Assembly (NCBI GenBank): GCA_951406725.2
Contig: OX597831.1
Coordinates: 64,294,001 to 64,358,000, forward strand
DNA from: Octopus vulgaris
Lineage: Eukaryota
DNA length: 64,000 bases
Reading direction: 5' to 3'
The stretch's first letter is position 1. Every line of letters begins with the position of its first letter. The notes under the pieces were generated by a model. That model was not told where the DNA came from. It worked only from the letters and a program-made list of their open reading frames with translations, and ran no database searches. Made by a program: the position numbers and the translations under genes. Below are positions 12,728-25,020 of this stretch, one piece after another.

Positions 12728-12897
12728 AATGCGCCCTTTTAAAGCCTAGCCAGGCTCATGGGCCCGGTTTCCCAGTTTCTATGGAGTATGTGTTCCCCAG
12801 CTGAACGGGGCGCCAGTCCATCGCAGCATTACTCATTTTTGCCAGCTAAGTGGACTGGGGCAATGTGAAATGAAGTGTTTTGCTCAAGAACACAGCG
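12728..12897 (-). mobile_element. SINE family D variant, 5'-truncated
   Basis: Reverse complement of 61612-61858 from the CORE-like box to the tail. Confidence 0.75.
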
Positions 12898-14066
12898 TTA
12901 CAAGATGCAAAGGATGTGTGTGTGGTTTGAAGAAATGGGGTGGTGCTACTGGCTGATATTTTTAGCATGTCAAACATACACACTGAGGCTTCCATGTTGT
13001 CATTCAAAAAGCATTACACAAGAGCAAATGAACAAACAAGTTCCATAACTTCTGGAGTGTTGGGGGTGGGGTAGTAGAGGAAATCTCTGGGAAGGTATTT
13101 TTCAGGCAGAATTATGAAAAATATGAAAAAAAAAAAAAAGAAAGAAAATGAAAAGGGGTGAGATGCTTATTCAACACACCTGCCCTTTTTGTTTGTTGGT
13201 CCCAATTTCCATCATGAAAATAGGAATGACTGTCAGTCATCATCATAATAATAATCATTTAACATCTGTTCTCTATGCTGGCATGGGTCATACGGCTTCA
13301 CAAGAGCTGGCCAGCTGCCCAGGCTTCATTAGTCTGTTTTGGCACGGTTTCTCTGACTGGATGCCAACCATTTTACAGAGTGTACTGGATGCTTTTACAT
13401 GGCACTGGCACAGATGCTAAAAGCACCAGCACCCACAAGTCTGCAAGACCAGGATCTCTCAGGTGCAAGTGAGTAGTAGAGGATGTGCAGCTGCAATTCA
13501 TGGAACAATTACAGTTTTACTTAGTTTGATATGTCTTCTCGTGCACAGCAAACCACTAGAAGTCTCAGTCCCTTGTTGTCTCCTCACTGAGGCCCAATGT
13601 CCGAGGATCCTTTCTCATCACTTCCCTCCACAATTAGAGATCGGCACTTCTTGACGCAGCTGTATTCAAGGTATCATATTAAGCAGCATGGGGTAGGTTG
13701 AAGGAAGTGGTGCATTGGGTGGATGTAGATATAAAGGGAAATATTAGCAATCAATCAGTGCTTTCAGCACCAAATTTATACTTTTCGAAACAACACTAAA
13801 CAAATAACACAAAGTAGTAAGAAATTCTAAGGTGAGTTAAACAGCATCCCCCACCCCACCACACTCCTCATGCAAGTGTTTTGGCCCTTAACTCCTTACA
13901 CTAAGGGAGCAAAGCTGCATCCCAATCATATTCCTTGGAGATCCCTCAGCTGCTATACTCTATGCTAGTGTCTGCACTGCAATACCCCTAGTTAATTAAG
14001 GTGCCCCAGAGCCAAGGTACCTGGGGTATTGTAATCAGTTCAGCCTGAAATACTAGATGACTATAG

Positions 14067-14196
14067 GATGCCTGTATCCCCTCCAGGGATACAGGCATCT
14101 AGCAACAGGACCTCCGTAATGCTATGATGGACCGTGAAGTCTGACGTAGCATAGTAAATTCCATTGTCTCAACCACGGTCGAACAATGATGATGAT
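14067..14196 (+). mobile_element. RTE-clade LINE 3' end with a 5' fold-back
   Basis: Reads RDTGI*QQDLRNAMMDREV*RSIVNSIVSTTVEQ* (MxDRxxWR-type terminus) followed by (TGA)n; same tip recurs at 58211-58238. Confidence 0.75.
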
Positions 14197-14592
14197 AGGG
14201 TAAATTATACATTCTGAAATTCAACAAGGTAATTTTAATTAAAAAAAAAACAACCCAGTTAATCTATTTCCTTACCAGTGTGTATATCTTTCAATGATAT
14301 GCATCACAAAGAAGGAAAGGTCTATTTTACATGTAGTTTCTTAAGGTTTTACCATTTACTATTTTATATTTATTTCTCTGCAGTGAAATTCTCAGCTGAA
14401 TTATTGTAAATGCCACCATTTTAATGTTAGCAATGAGGGAGCCTCTCTACATCAGTAGTTTTCAACCAGGGTCCGTACAGGCCTTTAAAGTGCCTATAAA
14501 ATTTTGATAAAAATTCTTGTGTAGTAAACTGGTTATATTTCTACAATACACAAACTATTTAAGCATTTTTTTCACACAATTCCTAATAATAT

Positions 14593-14815
14593 TTACTCTT
14601 TTACTCGATTCAGTCATTTGACTGTGACCATGCTGGAGTACCACCTTTAGTTGACCAAATCGACCACAGGACTTATTCTTTGTAAGCCTAGTACTTATTC
14701 TATCGGTCTCTTTTGCCGAACCGCTAAGTTAAACACACCAGCATTAGTTGTCAAGCGATGTTGGGGAGACAAACACAGACACACAAACATACATACACAT
14801 ACATACATCTATATA

Positions 14816-14853
<38 letters not shown>

Positions 14854-14873
14854 CACATACATACATCTATATA

Positions 14874-14918
<45 letters not shown>

Positions 14919-15081
14919 GATGGGCTTCTTTCAGTTGCCGTCTACCAAATCCACTCACAAGGCTTGGGTCAGCCAGAGGCTATAGTAGAAGACACTTGCC
15001 CAAGGTGCCACACAGTGGGACTGAACCGGGAACCATGTGGTTCATTAGCAAGCTACTCACCACACAGCCACTCCTACGCCT
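14593..15081 (-). mobile_element. SINE family A nested in a hAT-like MITE (~14452-15190)
   Basis: Family A reverse complement; flanks CAGTAGTTTTCAACC...GATTGGGAACCTCT. Confidence 0.85.
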
Positions 15082-15956
15082 ATAAACATAAATATAATAG
15101 TTTTTAGACACTGAGTGGCTATTTTACTCAACCTTGAGTAAAATAGGAATCAAAAGGGTCCATTGGCAAAAAATGATTGGGAACCTCTACTCTACGTAAT
15201 CAGTCAACTTGCTAGAAATAATAACATATTCCAACTCATATCACCATCTACCACCCATCAGACAAGGTGGTCCTAGATTTTTCTCCTAAAAAGCAGTATG
15301 GTCATGGTTGGAATGCCTTTGATCATGGGATTATTTGATCATGACTAAACTGGGTCAAAACGACAACCAACAAAGAAACCTCTATATGGTCACTCAACGT
15401 TTTAGAAACATCAGCTCACTCTACCTTAAATCACACATTACTCTCTTAAAAGGACATCTATAAAGACATTTCATAAACGCTGTAAGAGGGGGGAAAAATA
15501 AATGGATGATCATGAATGGACTATTTTTGAGCCCTGCTCTGCCCAACTGGTATTAACTTGTAGCTACACATCAACAAGTTGGATTCTGGCAACAGGCCAA
15601 CAACAACGAGCTGTCAAACAAGGCATTTTACTTACTCATACCAAGGTCATCCAAACTAGATATTAAGCTTTAGTTCATCTCAAGAGTTGACCAACTAATA
15701 CTACAAGTCAGGCAAGTGATGATGTACCGAATGACCTACTCAAAAAGATTCTCAATGTACTGGAAGAGAGCAAAAACTTAACAGGGAAATTTCACTTAAT
15801 TCTGCAATTTTGACAAATATCATTCAGTACATCACCATCTACCATACCTTAAGTCATGCTATAGGCTAAGTTGAGTTATTTCCCTTAGCTCACTCTTGTA
15901 TTTTTGTGGGGTGGGGGAGAAGGAGCAGGAGTAATTTTTTCATACTACACCCTCCT

Positions 15957-16385
15957 CATCATCATCATCGTTTAGCGTCCGCTTTCCATGCTAGCATGGG
16001 TTGGACAGTTCAACAGGGGTCTGGGAAGCCAGAAGGCTGCACCAGGCCCAGTCTGATCTGGCAATGTTTCTACGGCTGGATGCCCTTCCTAACACCAACC
16101 ACTCCGTGAATGTAGTGGTTGCTTTTTACGTGCCACCGGCACAGGTGCCAGACAAGGCTGGCAAACGGCCACGATCGGATGGTGCTTTTTATGTGCCACC
16201 GGCACCATTTAATGCCTGTTTTTTATGCTGGCATGAGTTGGATGGTTTGACAGGATCCAACAAGCAGCAGGGTCACATCAAGCTCCGATGTCAGCTTAAG
16301 CATGGTTTCTATAGCTGGATGCCCTTCCTAATGCCAACCACTTTACAATGTGTACTTAAGTGCTTTTCTCATGCCACCTGCACTA
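15957..16385 (-). mobile_element. SINE family B, one young and one diverged copy
   Basis: (CAT)n, GGATGCCCTTCCTAA twice. Confidence 0.8.
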
Positions 16386-16842
16386 GTGGGGTTACCAAGA
16401 AGAAAATTGTCAATTGTCATATATTCAACAAGTAAACTTTTTTATCTTTACGTTTTTTTGGCATGCTATGTTAAAAGATAAGTCATAAGGAAGTTGAAGA
16501 CACAATTTATATTGAATCAGAGAAAAAAACATTTAGAGATTTCTACTAAATAATTAGAAATATTAAATTTCTAAATATCTCAGAGAGATATGAGCAGTGG
16601 TGGAGCGATAGAGTGGTTGTATACTGTCAACTTAACATGACAGTCCCGTAAAGGGAATTACACCATCCTAGGAAGCATCAACGCTTCCTGTTGGCCTTGA
16701 CACATTTCCTGTGTCCTTATATATTTACGAAGGAGAGACAAGCACCCCCAACAGCTAGGCCTGCATCTAGATAATGTTTTCTAAAAAATGTTTTCTTATC
16801 AAGACTTATGCATTGGCCATTTTACAATTGTATCACATTTTT

Positions 16843-17038
16843 GCACGTAAAAAGCAGTGGCACATAAAAAGCACCCACTACACTCTCGGAGTGGTTGGCA
16901 TTAGGAAGGGCATCCAGCTGTAGAAACTCTGCCAGATCAAGATTGGAGCCTGGTGCAGCCATCTGGTTCGCCAGCCCTCAGTCAAAATTGTCCAACCCAT
17001 GCTAGCATGGAAAGCAGACGTTAAATGATGATGATGAT
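16843..17038 (+). mobile_element. SINE family B, 3' part
   Basis: Core and (GAT)n tail. Confidence 0.85.
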
Positions 17039-17210
17039 TTTTTAATGTAAATGAAAGAAGCTGCAACAGAAGTATGTGCAGTGAGTATGGTTATGAAGAT
17101 AGTTGAGATTCTCTATGACACAGCCAGTCTCAAATCCATGAGTCCAAATATTATCTGATAAAGAACTCAATACTCAAATTAGAGTATTATTATTATTATA
17201 CACATGTGCT

Positions 17211-17437
17211 AAGGCAGCAAGCTAACAGAAGCATTAGCAGGCCAGGCAAAATGCTTAGAGGTATTTCATCCATCTTTACATTCAGAGTTCAAATTCCACC
17301 AAGATCGACTTTACCTTTCATCCTCTTGAGGAGGGAGTCGATAAAATAAGTATCAGTCAAGTACTGGGGTTGATATAATTGACTGGCACACCCCTTCCCT
17401 GAAATTTCAGGCCTTGTGCCTATAGTAGAAAGGATTA
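17211..17437 (+). mobile_element. SINE family C
   Basis: Head, B-box and Nin/Deu-like domain. Confidence 0.8.
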
Positions 17438-17755
17438 TTACACAAATGCACGTATATTATTATATATATATATATCCATTTAAGTATACTACACACGCAC
17501 ACACACACGTGAGCCTTAGGTGCAAAACAAAATGGAGAAAATAGTATTTGAATACCAAAGGTAGAGTAAAATAATGCTTCTCAGCTTCAAAACACACACA
17601 CACACACACAAAGACAGACAGACTGACAAACAGACAGATATATACATATACAAAATTAATCCAAACATGAAAACACAAAGAGAAAACACAACAACGTGAG
17701 GACGTGGAACAAACATAGTATTATTGGATGCTCAGGAAGGAAGGGAAAAAGGAGG

Positions 17756-17790
17756 GTTTCACGTTTTGAGCGGAGCTCTTCGTCAGAAAC
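17756..17790 (-). ncRNA. Decayed minimal hammerhead ribozyme
   Basis: GUUU-CUGACGA-A-GAGC-ucc-GCUC-AAAA-C-GUG-AAAC; G12>A and a GUG site predict inactivity. Confidence 0.55.
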
Positions 17791-17875
17791 ATAGGAAAAG
17801 GAAAGATCCAAGGAAGGGAATACGGAGAAAGAAAATCGCCAATGATACACATGCGGTCATCAGAACAATATATTT

Positions 17876-17940
<65 letters not shown>

Positions 17941-18037
17941 ATCCAAACATGAAAACACAAAGAGAAAACACAACAACGAGAGGACATGGAACAAGTATGT
18001 GTTATTGGGCGCTCAGGAAAGGAAAGAAAGAAGGAGG

Positions 18038-18072
18038 ATTTAACGTTTCGAGCGGAGCTCTTCGTCAGAAAT
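18038..18072 (-). ncRNA. Minimal type I hammerhead ribozyme motif
   Basis: AUUU-CUGACGA-A-GAGC-ucc-GCUC-GAAA-C-GUU-AAAU: intact core, 4-bp stems I and II, palindromic ACGU stem III. Confidence 0.7.
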
Positions 18073-18466
18073 ATAGAAAAAAGAAAGGAAGACAGAGGAA
18101 AAAAATTGCCAACGGTACACACGCGGTCATATATTACAGATGCAAGTTTGACTGTCAGGTTAAAAACTTATTTCCCAACCATGTTGTTACAGGCAAGTAT
18201 CTTCTACTATATCCCAGAGCTAACGAAAGACTTGTGAGTGGATTTGGTAGACAGAAACTGAAAAAAACCTGTTGTTCACTTACTTATGTGCACACGCGCG
18301 TGTGTGTGAGTGCATGTACACCCTTGGTTGTAGTAGTAAAGATAGTAAACAAGCATCACTATCATGCAAGCAATGTTGTTTGTTTCCAGTTGTTCATGAA
18401 AAATATGTCTGCAAGCATGGTAATCTAGGTATGAAATGATAATATATATGTTTGTGTGTGTGTGTA

Positions 18467-18960
18467 ACTTACATTGGTTTCAGCCATTATTGGCCCAGGC
18501 CATGAATAACTCAATAGCACCACCTGGAAAAATCTTTTGGTTAATTATTTTGGGACACCATGGACCACCCAAGCAGAGAGTTGTTGTTGACTGAGACGTA
18601 TCCAAGTGTAGTGGTTTATCCGGTATTTCCTGGAGGGATTTGTCCAGATACCATTTGAAAGTTTATGGGGTCCTTTTCTACTTTAATTTCTTTCAGGATA
18701 ACATTGAAAAGAGCAGCACCATTTGCAGTGAAGAAATTATCATTTGGATAATATTAGTGGAATATTTTCCGCAAGGTGCAAATAACGTATTGCTCACGGC
18801 AGTGTTGCAGAAAAGTTGCCGTCAACAGTTACACCTAAGTCTCTGATATCCAACGGTTTGAGTAAGTCTCCTGACAATAGTGTATATGGTTGTTTGAGTG
18901 TGCCCTCTTCACCAAAGTGGATGAGCTCAAACTTCTCTTCATTCAGCTGCATATTTTTTT
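18467..18960 (-). mobile_element. CR1-clade LINE relic (RT C-terminal piece + ORF2 end + 3' tail)
   Basis: KKNMQLNEEKFELIHFG...RDLGVTVD, then NFFTANGAALFNVI...FKWYLDKSLQEIPDKP...NNSLL, both characteristic of CR1 ORF2; internally deleted. Confidence 0.8.
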
Positions 18961-18989
18961 TTGTTACTGTATTCATATATATATATATA

Positions 18990-19302
18990 TCTTTCTTTGT
19001 GCCCTTTTCAAGCCTAGCCAGCCTCATGGGCCTGGTTTCCCGGTTTCTGTGGCATATGTGTTCCCCCCCAGCTGGACAGGACGCCAGTCCATCGCAGCGT
19101 TACTCAAGAAACAGGAAGAGAGAGTGAGAGAAAGTTGTGGCGAAAGAGTGCAACAGGGGTTGCCACCACCCCCTGGCGGAGCCTCGTGGAGCTTTTAGAT
19201 GTTTTCGCTCAATGAACACACACAACGCCCGGTCTGGGAATCGAAACTGCGATCCTCTGACTGCGAGTCCACTGCCCTAACCACTGGGCCATTGCACCTC
19301 CT
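18990..19302 (-). mobile_element. SINE family D
   Basis: tRNA-Arg-like head GGAGGTGCAATGGCCCAGTGGTTAGGGCAGTGGACTCG; tail as 7372-7662. Confidence 0.8.
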
Positions 19303-19304
19303 CC

Positions 19305-19345
<41 letters not shown>

Positions 19346-19717
19346 ATATACACATGTGTTTTTGTTTCTCTGTCTTCGCATTATGCACTGATTGTTACTT
19401 AACAAACCTCACCACTCTACAATCTTCCATGAAACATTTGTGTTCAAAGGGCTAGAGGAAATATTCCCTTGCATGGAAACAGGTGAAAATTAGCATCAGG
19501 AAGAGCATCTGACTATAGGCAACAAATTTTGTCTGACCCAAGCAAGCACGGAAAATAAGATGTGAGGAGGAGGAGGAGGAGGAGAGATATAAGTACATGC
19601 CTACACAGACACAAATATATATACAATGGCTACTTTCTTATTGATACTAAAGGAAGAAACAGAGAAAAAGACAGCATGGGGTATGTAGCATAAATATTGA
19701 GTGAAATAGTAATATAT

Positions 19718-19900
19718 ATTTCTCTATTGTCCACAAGGGGCTAAACATAGAGGGGACAAACAAAGACAGACAAAGGGATTAAATCGATTACATCGACCCC
19801 AGTGCGTAACTGGTACTTTATTTATCGACCCCGAAAGGATGAAAGGCAAAGTCGACCTCGGCGGAATTTGAACTCAAAACGTAACGGCAGGTGAAATGCT
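19718..19900 (-). mobile_element. SINE family C, 5'-truncated
   Basis: Nin/Deu-like domain plus TTGTCCCCTCTATGTTTAGCCCCTTGTGG tail. Confidence 0.85.
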
Positions 19901-20189
19901 AGCATATTGAGTGGCCACTTGCTAGCTGTGTGTGTATGTGTGTGGTCTACACATATTTCTCTCATTGTCTGTGTACCTGCATCTCATCTCTGTCTACCCA
20001 TATATTTCCTATTTCACCAATTGTCTTATAACTCTTGTCTAAACAGCTGTCTATCCCAACTTTCTGTTTCATTAACTGTCTAACCTCCAGCACCTCTGTA
20101 TATCTCTATAATAGCATTACTTATGTTAGCAAACAGAGACAGCAATTCAGTTCAAATGTATGCCGTTCATGACAGAGAAGACACTAGAC

Positions 20190-20598
20190 AGATCTTTTCG
20201 GTTTGAACGGCAGTTTTTTCTAGCGGTGTCATATGAAATTGTCACCCATAATTATGACCCTAGTATCGATCTATTGCATTTCAATCTGTTTAGGGTTAGG
20301 GATGGGGGAAGGGTATCTTTTTTTCTTCACAAATGTAAATAAACCCAATCTGTTTCTTAAACGAGGGGCATATTCATTCGGCACAGAATGTTTTCACCTC
20401 AATAGACATCATTGATTTGTTGAAATTGCAGAAATTAAAGAAAAAAAACAACAAATATCTTACAAATTATAGAATTTTCTCAATAAAGCCAATAGAAAAA
20501 GATGTTTTATAAACACATTCTACCAGTATACGAAGTTTAAAAGTATTTAGTTACGTGGAAATTATTTTAAAAAACTGCCGTTCAAACTGAAAAGATCC
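20190..20598. mobile_element. Merlin-like MITE
   Basis: ~29-bp TIRs; TSD CACTAGAC/CACAAGAC. Confidence 0.85.
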
Positions 20599-20599
20599 C

Positions 20600-21295
20600 A
20601 CAAGACTGTTAATGTGACAGATGCAAGTAGACAGTTAATGAGACAGGAGTAGGTGACAGCTAATGAGATGAGAAAGACAGAGGTATGTAAACAGTTAAAT
20701 GAGAAATGGTTGGGCAGTTAACAAGACAGACAACAGAGTCAGGAAATAGAGGTAGATAATGAAATAGGAGATACAGGTAGATATTTAATTGAGAAAAGAG
20801 AAAGAAGTAGGTTGTTGATGAGAGGGGGGATAAAAGTAGATAGTTAATGAAAGATGAGACAGGTAGATTTTTAATAAGAAAGATCTAGAGGTACACAATT
20901 AACAAGGTAGATGATAGTAGATATAATGAGACTGGAAGCAGAGATAGAAAGGTAAAGAGACAAAAGACACAGGTAGGTAGTTAACGAGAGGAGAAAGAGA
21001 TAGATGGTCAATGACAGACAAGAATAGGTAAATTGTTAATGAGTAAGATCTAGAGGTATACAATTAAGAAGACAGAAAACAGAAGTAAACAGGAAGTGGA
21101 GATAGGCAGTTAATGAGACAGAAAAGAGACAGGAATACTTAAGAGGTAATGAGACAAGAGACAGGGAGATATTTAATGAGAAAAAGCAGACAGTTAATGA
21201 GAGAAGAGACAGAGGTAGACAGCTAATGAGACCAAAGGAGACAGAGGCAGAATTAATTAGTGAGCAAGAAACAGAGATAGAAAGTTAATGAAACA
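20600..21295 (+). repeat. Degenerate purine-rich minisatellite (core RGGTAGACAGTTAATGAGA)
   Basis: About 20 diverged ~30-bp units; resumes at 21720-21795 after a SINE; inverted units at ~19960-20110. Confidence 0.65.
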
Positions 21296-21714
21296 TTACT
21301 CTTTACTCTCTTTTACTTGTTTCAGTCATTTGACTGTGGCCATGCTGGAGCACTACCTTTAGTCAAGCAAATTGCCCCCAGGACTTATTCTCTGTAAGCC
21401 TAGTACTTATTCTATCGGTCTCTTTTGCCGAACCGCTATGTGACGGGGACGTAAACACACCAGCATCGGTTGTCAAGCGATGTTGGGAGGACAAACACAG
21501 ACAAACACACACACACACATATATACATACACATACATACATACATATATACGACGGGCTTCCTTCAGTTTCCATCTACCAAATTCACTCACAAGGCTTT
21601 GGTCGGCCCGAGGCTATAGTAGAAGACACTTGCCCAAGGTGGCATGCAGTGGGACTGAACCCTGAACCATGCGGTCGGTAAGCAAGTTACTTACTACAAA
21701 GCCACCCCTACGCC
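21296..21714 (-). mobile_element. SINE family A, full length
   Basis: Reverse complement of family A. Confidence 0.9.
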
Positions 21715-24372
21715 TATATAGAGGAAGTCAGCTAATGATACAAAATTAGAGATAGACAGTTAATAAAACAGGGGTAGACAGCTAAAGAAACAGCTCTCTT
21801 TCAATAAAAAAAGGGAGAGGCAGTATTTTTAGCTGTGATAGTAGAAGATGGACTAACAGAATTTAGTGATAAGAATGTCAAAACTAAGAATTAGGAAAAG
21901 ATGAGCAAGAAGTGTCTGATACATTCTTTGTTGTTGAACAAGATCAACTCTGTTGGAAACCTACAATAAAAACTATTCAACCATGACCAACTACCCTCAT
22001 ATGTAGACAGGCTCTAAATTAAAATCTTTCACCAAACTTTTTCATGATTTTATGCTTCAAACACCAAATTAATAACAATAAAGTTTATTTTACTAAAGTC
22101 TTCATTATTTTCGAAATTAATTTAAACAAAAGCAGTGTATTTTAATAGAAATGTGGTAACTGATAACAAAGGGTTAAAATGGTAGGGTATGATTCAATTA
22201 TTTTGATTATTATTTCTAGAAAAGTAAAAGACCACATACAGGCCACCTTATTAAATTATTAAAGTCTTGATAGAATAGACAGATCTACGATTAAAGGCAT
22301 TCCAGCCTTGACTGTGAAGTCTTTTAGTATGAAGAGTGATTTGAGGGTGAATTTGGTTGCTATTTCTAGAAATCAAATGACCACCCCAAAATATATTTAT
22401 TTACATCAACGTTATCCCCTTGATTCAAATAGAAGAAAATCATAGATAACAGGGAACACATTTTTTATATAATTTTATGTAAGTCTAATGAGTCTTCATT
22501 ACCTCCAAGAATTTCATATTTGCCCCACTTGGGGTAACTTACCTCGGTTTGCCAAACCCCTAACAAAGAGCTTCCTTAGATGGTGTTGCTGTTCATGAAT
22601 TAGACCATAAAGTAAAGGATTCAAGCCATGGCCATTACATCTTTTTAAATGTATATCAGGAACTGATAATCCAATTTACTCTTTAAGATGGTGGTGGTGG
22701 TGATGGTGTGTTGGGGGGGGGGGGGTAGAGATGAAGTTTCCATGGAGTGGGGTGTGCACAATGGGGTTAACAAGTAGTAACAAATCAGGGCCAATATATT
22801 AATAAAATATATAACTGTATAAGGGGTCTGTATATAAAAGAAGGAAAAAAAAAGGGGGAACTGATAAAAAAAAAGACAGTGTGGAGGATGGGGATATAAA
22901 TAGTTCCCAAGGGTGTATGTCACAGGCAGAGTTCAGCTTCAAAACATCACTATTGTATTCTATGAACCACATCTAGCTTTAATTCTCTGTCAAGTGAGAT
23001 ATTATCCCTGGGGCTAAGAGAAAGCCTCAAGGGATTTTAACATAATCTTTTCATCACAGAAATGGAGGATTTTTTTTGTGTCTTCAGCACATTCCACACA
23101 CTACGCTTAGTGTTCTCCATCTATAATTACAGGACAGGAGTGTGAAGGAGTGTGGAGGTTGTATGTTTAAGGAAAAGAGGGGAAAATGATGTGTATGCCT
23201 GTGTATGTAAAATAAACACACCATGTTTTTGTAAGAACCTATACAAAGCAATGTATGTAAATAAGAAAGAGTGTTGACTTTAAAGACAAGATCCACTCCT
23301 ATCTTTTAGTTTCCAAAAATTTCAATTAGTTGTCATTTATTGCTGTTATCTCTCTTGCTTTTTGTACCTTTAGGGTCTAAAACCCTCTGGGGGAAGATTT
23401 TGTCTACTAAATCTATGGATAATTGCAGTAAATCGAAGTCTTTTATCTGACAGTATTACAGATGTGAGACTTTACAGTGTGTGTGTCTAGTACGTAGAAT
23501 TTTCCCTTAGGTATTTCCTTCAGTCTGTGTTGATAGGAAGATGAAGATGAGAACATGTGGAGGATGGCAGATAAAAATTTTTAAAAAAACCCAGAAAGAT
23601 ATGGTTATTAAATGAGATTGTATGTAGGAGAGAGAGTTGTGTGTGTGTGTCTGTGTGAATGAAGTAGAAATGGATGAATAAAGGTATTGTATTGTGTGAA
23701 GGGTAGGGTGTATATGAGTGGGATAATGAGGAACAAAATGTGTATGGCTATGTCCACATGTGAGAGACACAAAGTGATATATATATATATATACAAGTAT
23801 ATATATATATATAAGTATATATGTACACAGACACAAGTGTGTGTGTGTGTGTGTGCGTGTGTGTGCATGACATAACAGGTAATGGAGAGAGATTGTGTGT
23901 GGGTGTGTGAAGTATAGGAAGTGCATATATCTGTGATAGAAAATGCAACACAAAAAGACTATGGAAGAGTGTGTGTGTATGTATGTGAAAAAAGATGTTT
24001 TATATGTGATACAGTAAGATTGAGTGTGTGGGGGATGAGAGAGAGGGGTGGGTCTGTCAGTGATAAACTATGTAAGACAAAAAGATGGTGTAGGTGTGTG
24101 TTCAAGAGGGAGGGAGAGAGTGTGTGTGTGTATATGTGTGACTGTAACTTCCTTGGTATAAAACTGAGCTTCCTAAAATTAAGGTTGACTTCTGCTTACG
24201 TAATACTGTGTAATACCATCAGAGCTATTGTGGTTTAGCTCCAGGTCAGCCCTGACCAAATAAACCAATGACCAAAGGCATTTAAACTATATAATTAGGG
24301 GTATCCAAGACTACATTATCCAATGTATCCTTACCTTTTCGAAAATAAGGTATGATTTGTGAGACATTTGAT

Positions 24373-24782
24373 GGATCTTTTCGGTTTGAACGGCAGTTTT
24401 TTCTAACGGTGTCATATGAAATTGTCACCCATAATTATGACCCTAGAATCGATCTATTGCATTTCAATCTCTTTTAGGGTTAGGGGTGGGGGAAGGATAT
24501 CTTTTTTCTTCACAAATGTAAATAAACCCAATCTGTTTCTTAAATGAGGGACATATTCATACGAAACAGAATGTTTTTTACCTCAATAGACGTCACTGAT
24601 TGGTTGAAATTGCAGAAATTGAAGGGAAAAACCCAACAAATATCTTACAAACTATAGAATTTTCTCAATAAAGCCAAGAGAAAAAGATGTTTTATAAACA
24701 CATTCCACCAGTATACGAAGTTTAAAATTTTTTAGTTACCTAGAAATTATGTTAAAAACTGCTGTTCAAACCGAAAAGATCC
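24373..24782. mobile_element. Merlin-like MITE inserted in a family E repeat
   Basis: TIRs GGATCTTTTCGGTTTGAACGGCAGTTTTT; TSD CATTTGAT/TATTTGAT. Confidence 0.85.
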
Positions 24783-25020
24783 TATTTGATTGCTACTTCT
24801 AGGAGGTCATGTGACCACATAGAGGTTTATTTGTACAATACTGCGATTGGGGTAGGTGGGTGTATGCATGTATATGAGTAGATATATGTATGTGTATAGA
24901 TGGAATTGAGAAGAATACTCTGTTGATGTTAGTACACCGCCAACCCTTTTGTTACCATTAATGTGTCTGTTGGCATACACCGTCTTTGTTTCAATTAATT
25001 TTGAAAATAATTGTGAAGAA

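Larger units (their letters stand above)
17656..18129 (-). mobile_element. Tandem pair of ~200-bp hammerhead-bearing repeats (Penelope pLTR/retrozyme-like)
   Basis: Direct repeats 17656-17859 and 17938-18129 separated by (TA)n, each with a CTGACGA..GAGC-tcc-GCTC-(G/A)AAAC motif on the minus strand. Confidence 0.75.

Noticed and set aside
17724-18428. 234-aa ORF, the longest in the track
   Set aside because: Runs through the tandem repeat, (TA)n and a decayed SINE
22543-22662. 120-nt open minus-strand exon candidate with a GTAAGT donor (PDIHLKRCNGHGLNPLLYG...)
   Set aside because: Weak acceptor, phase 1-1 does not join the phase-0 exon directly, peptide not recognised
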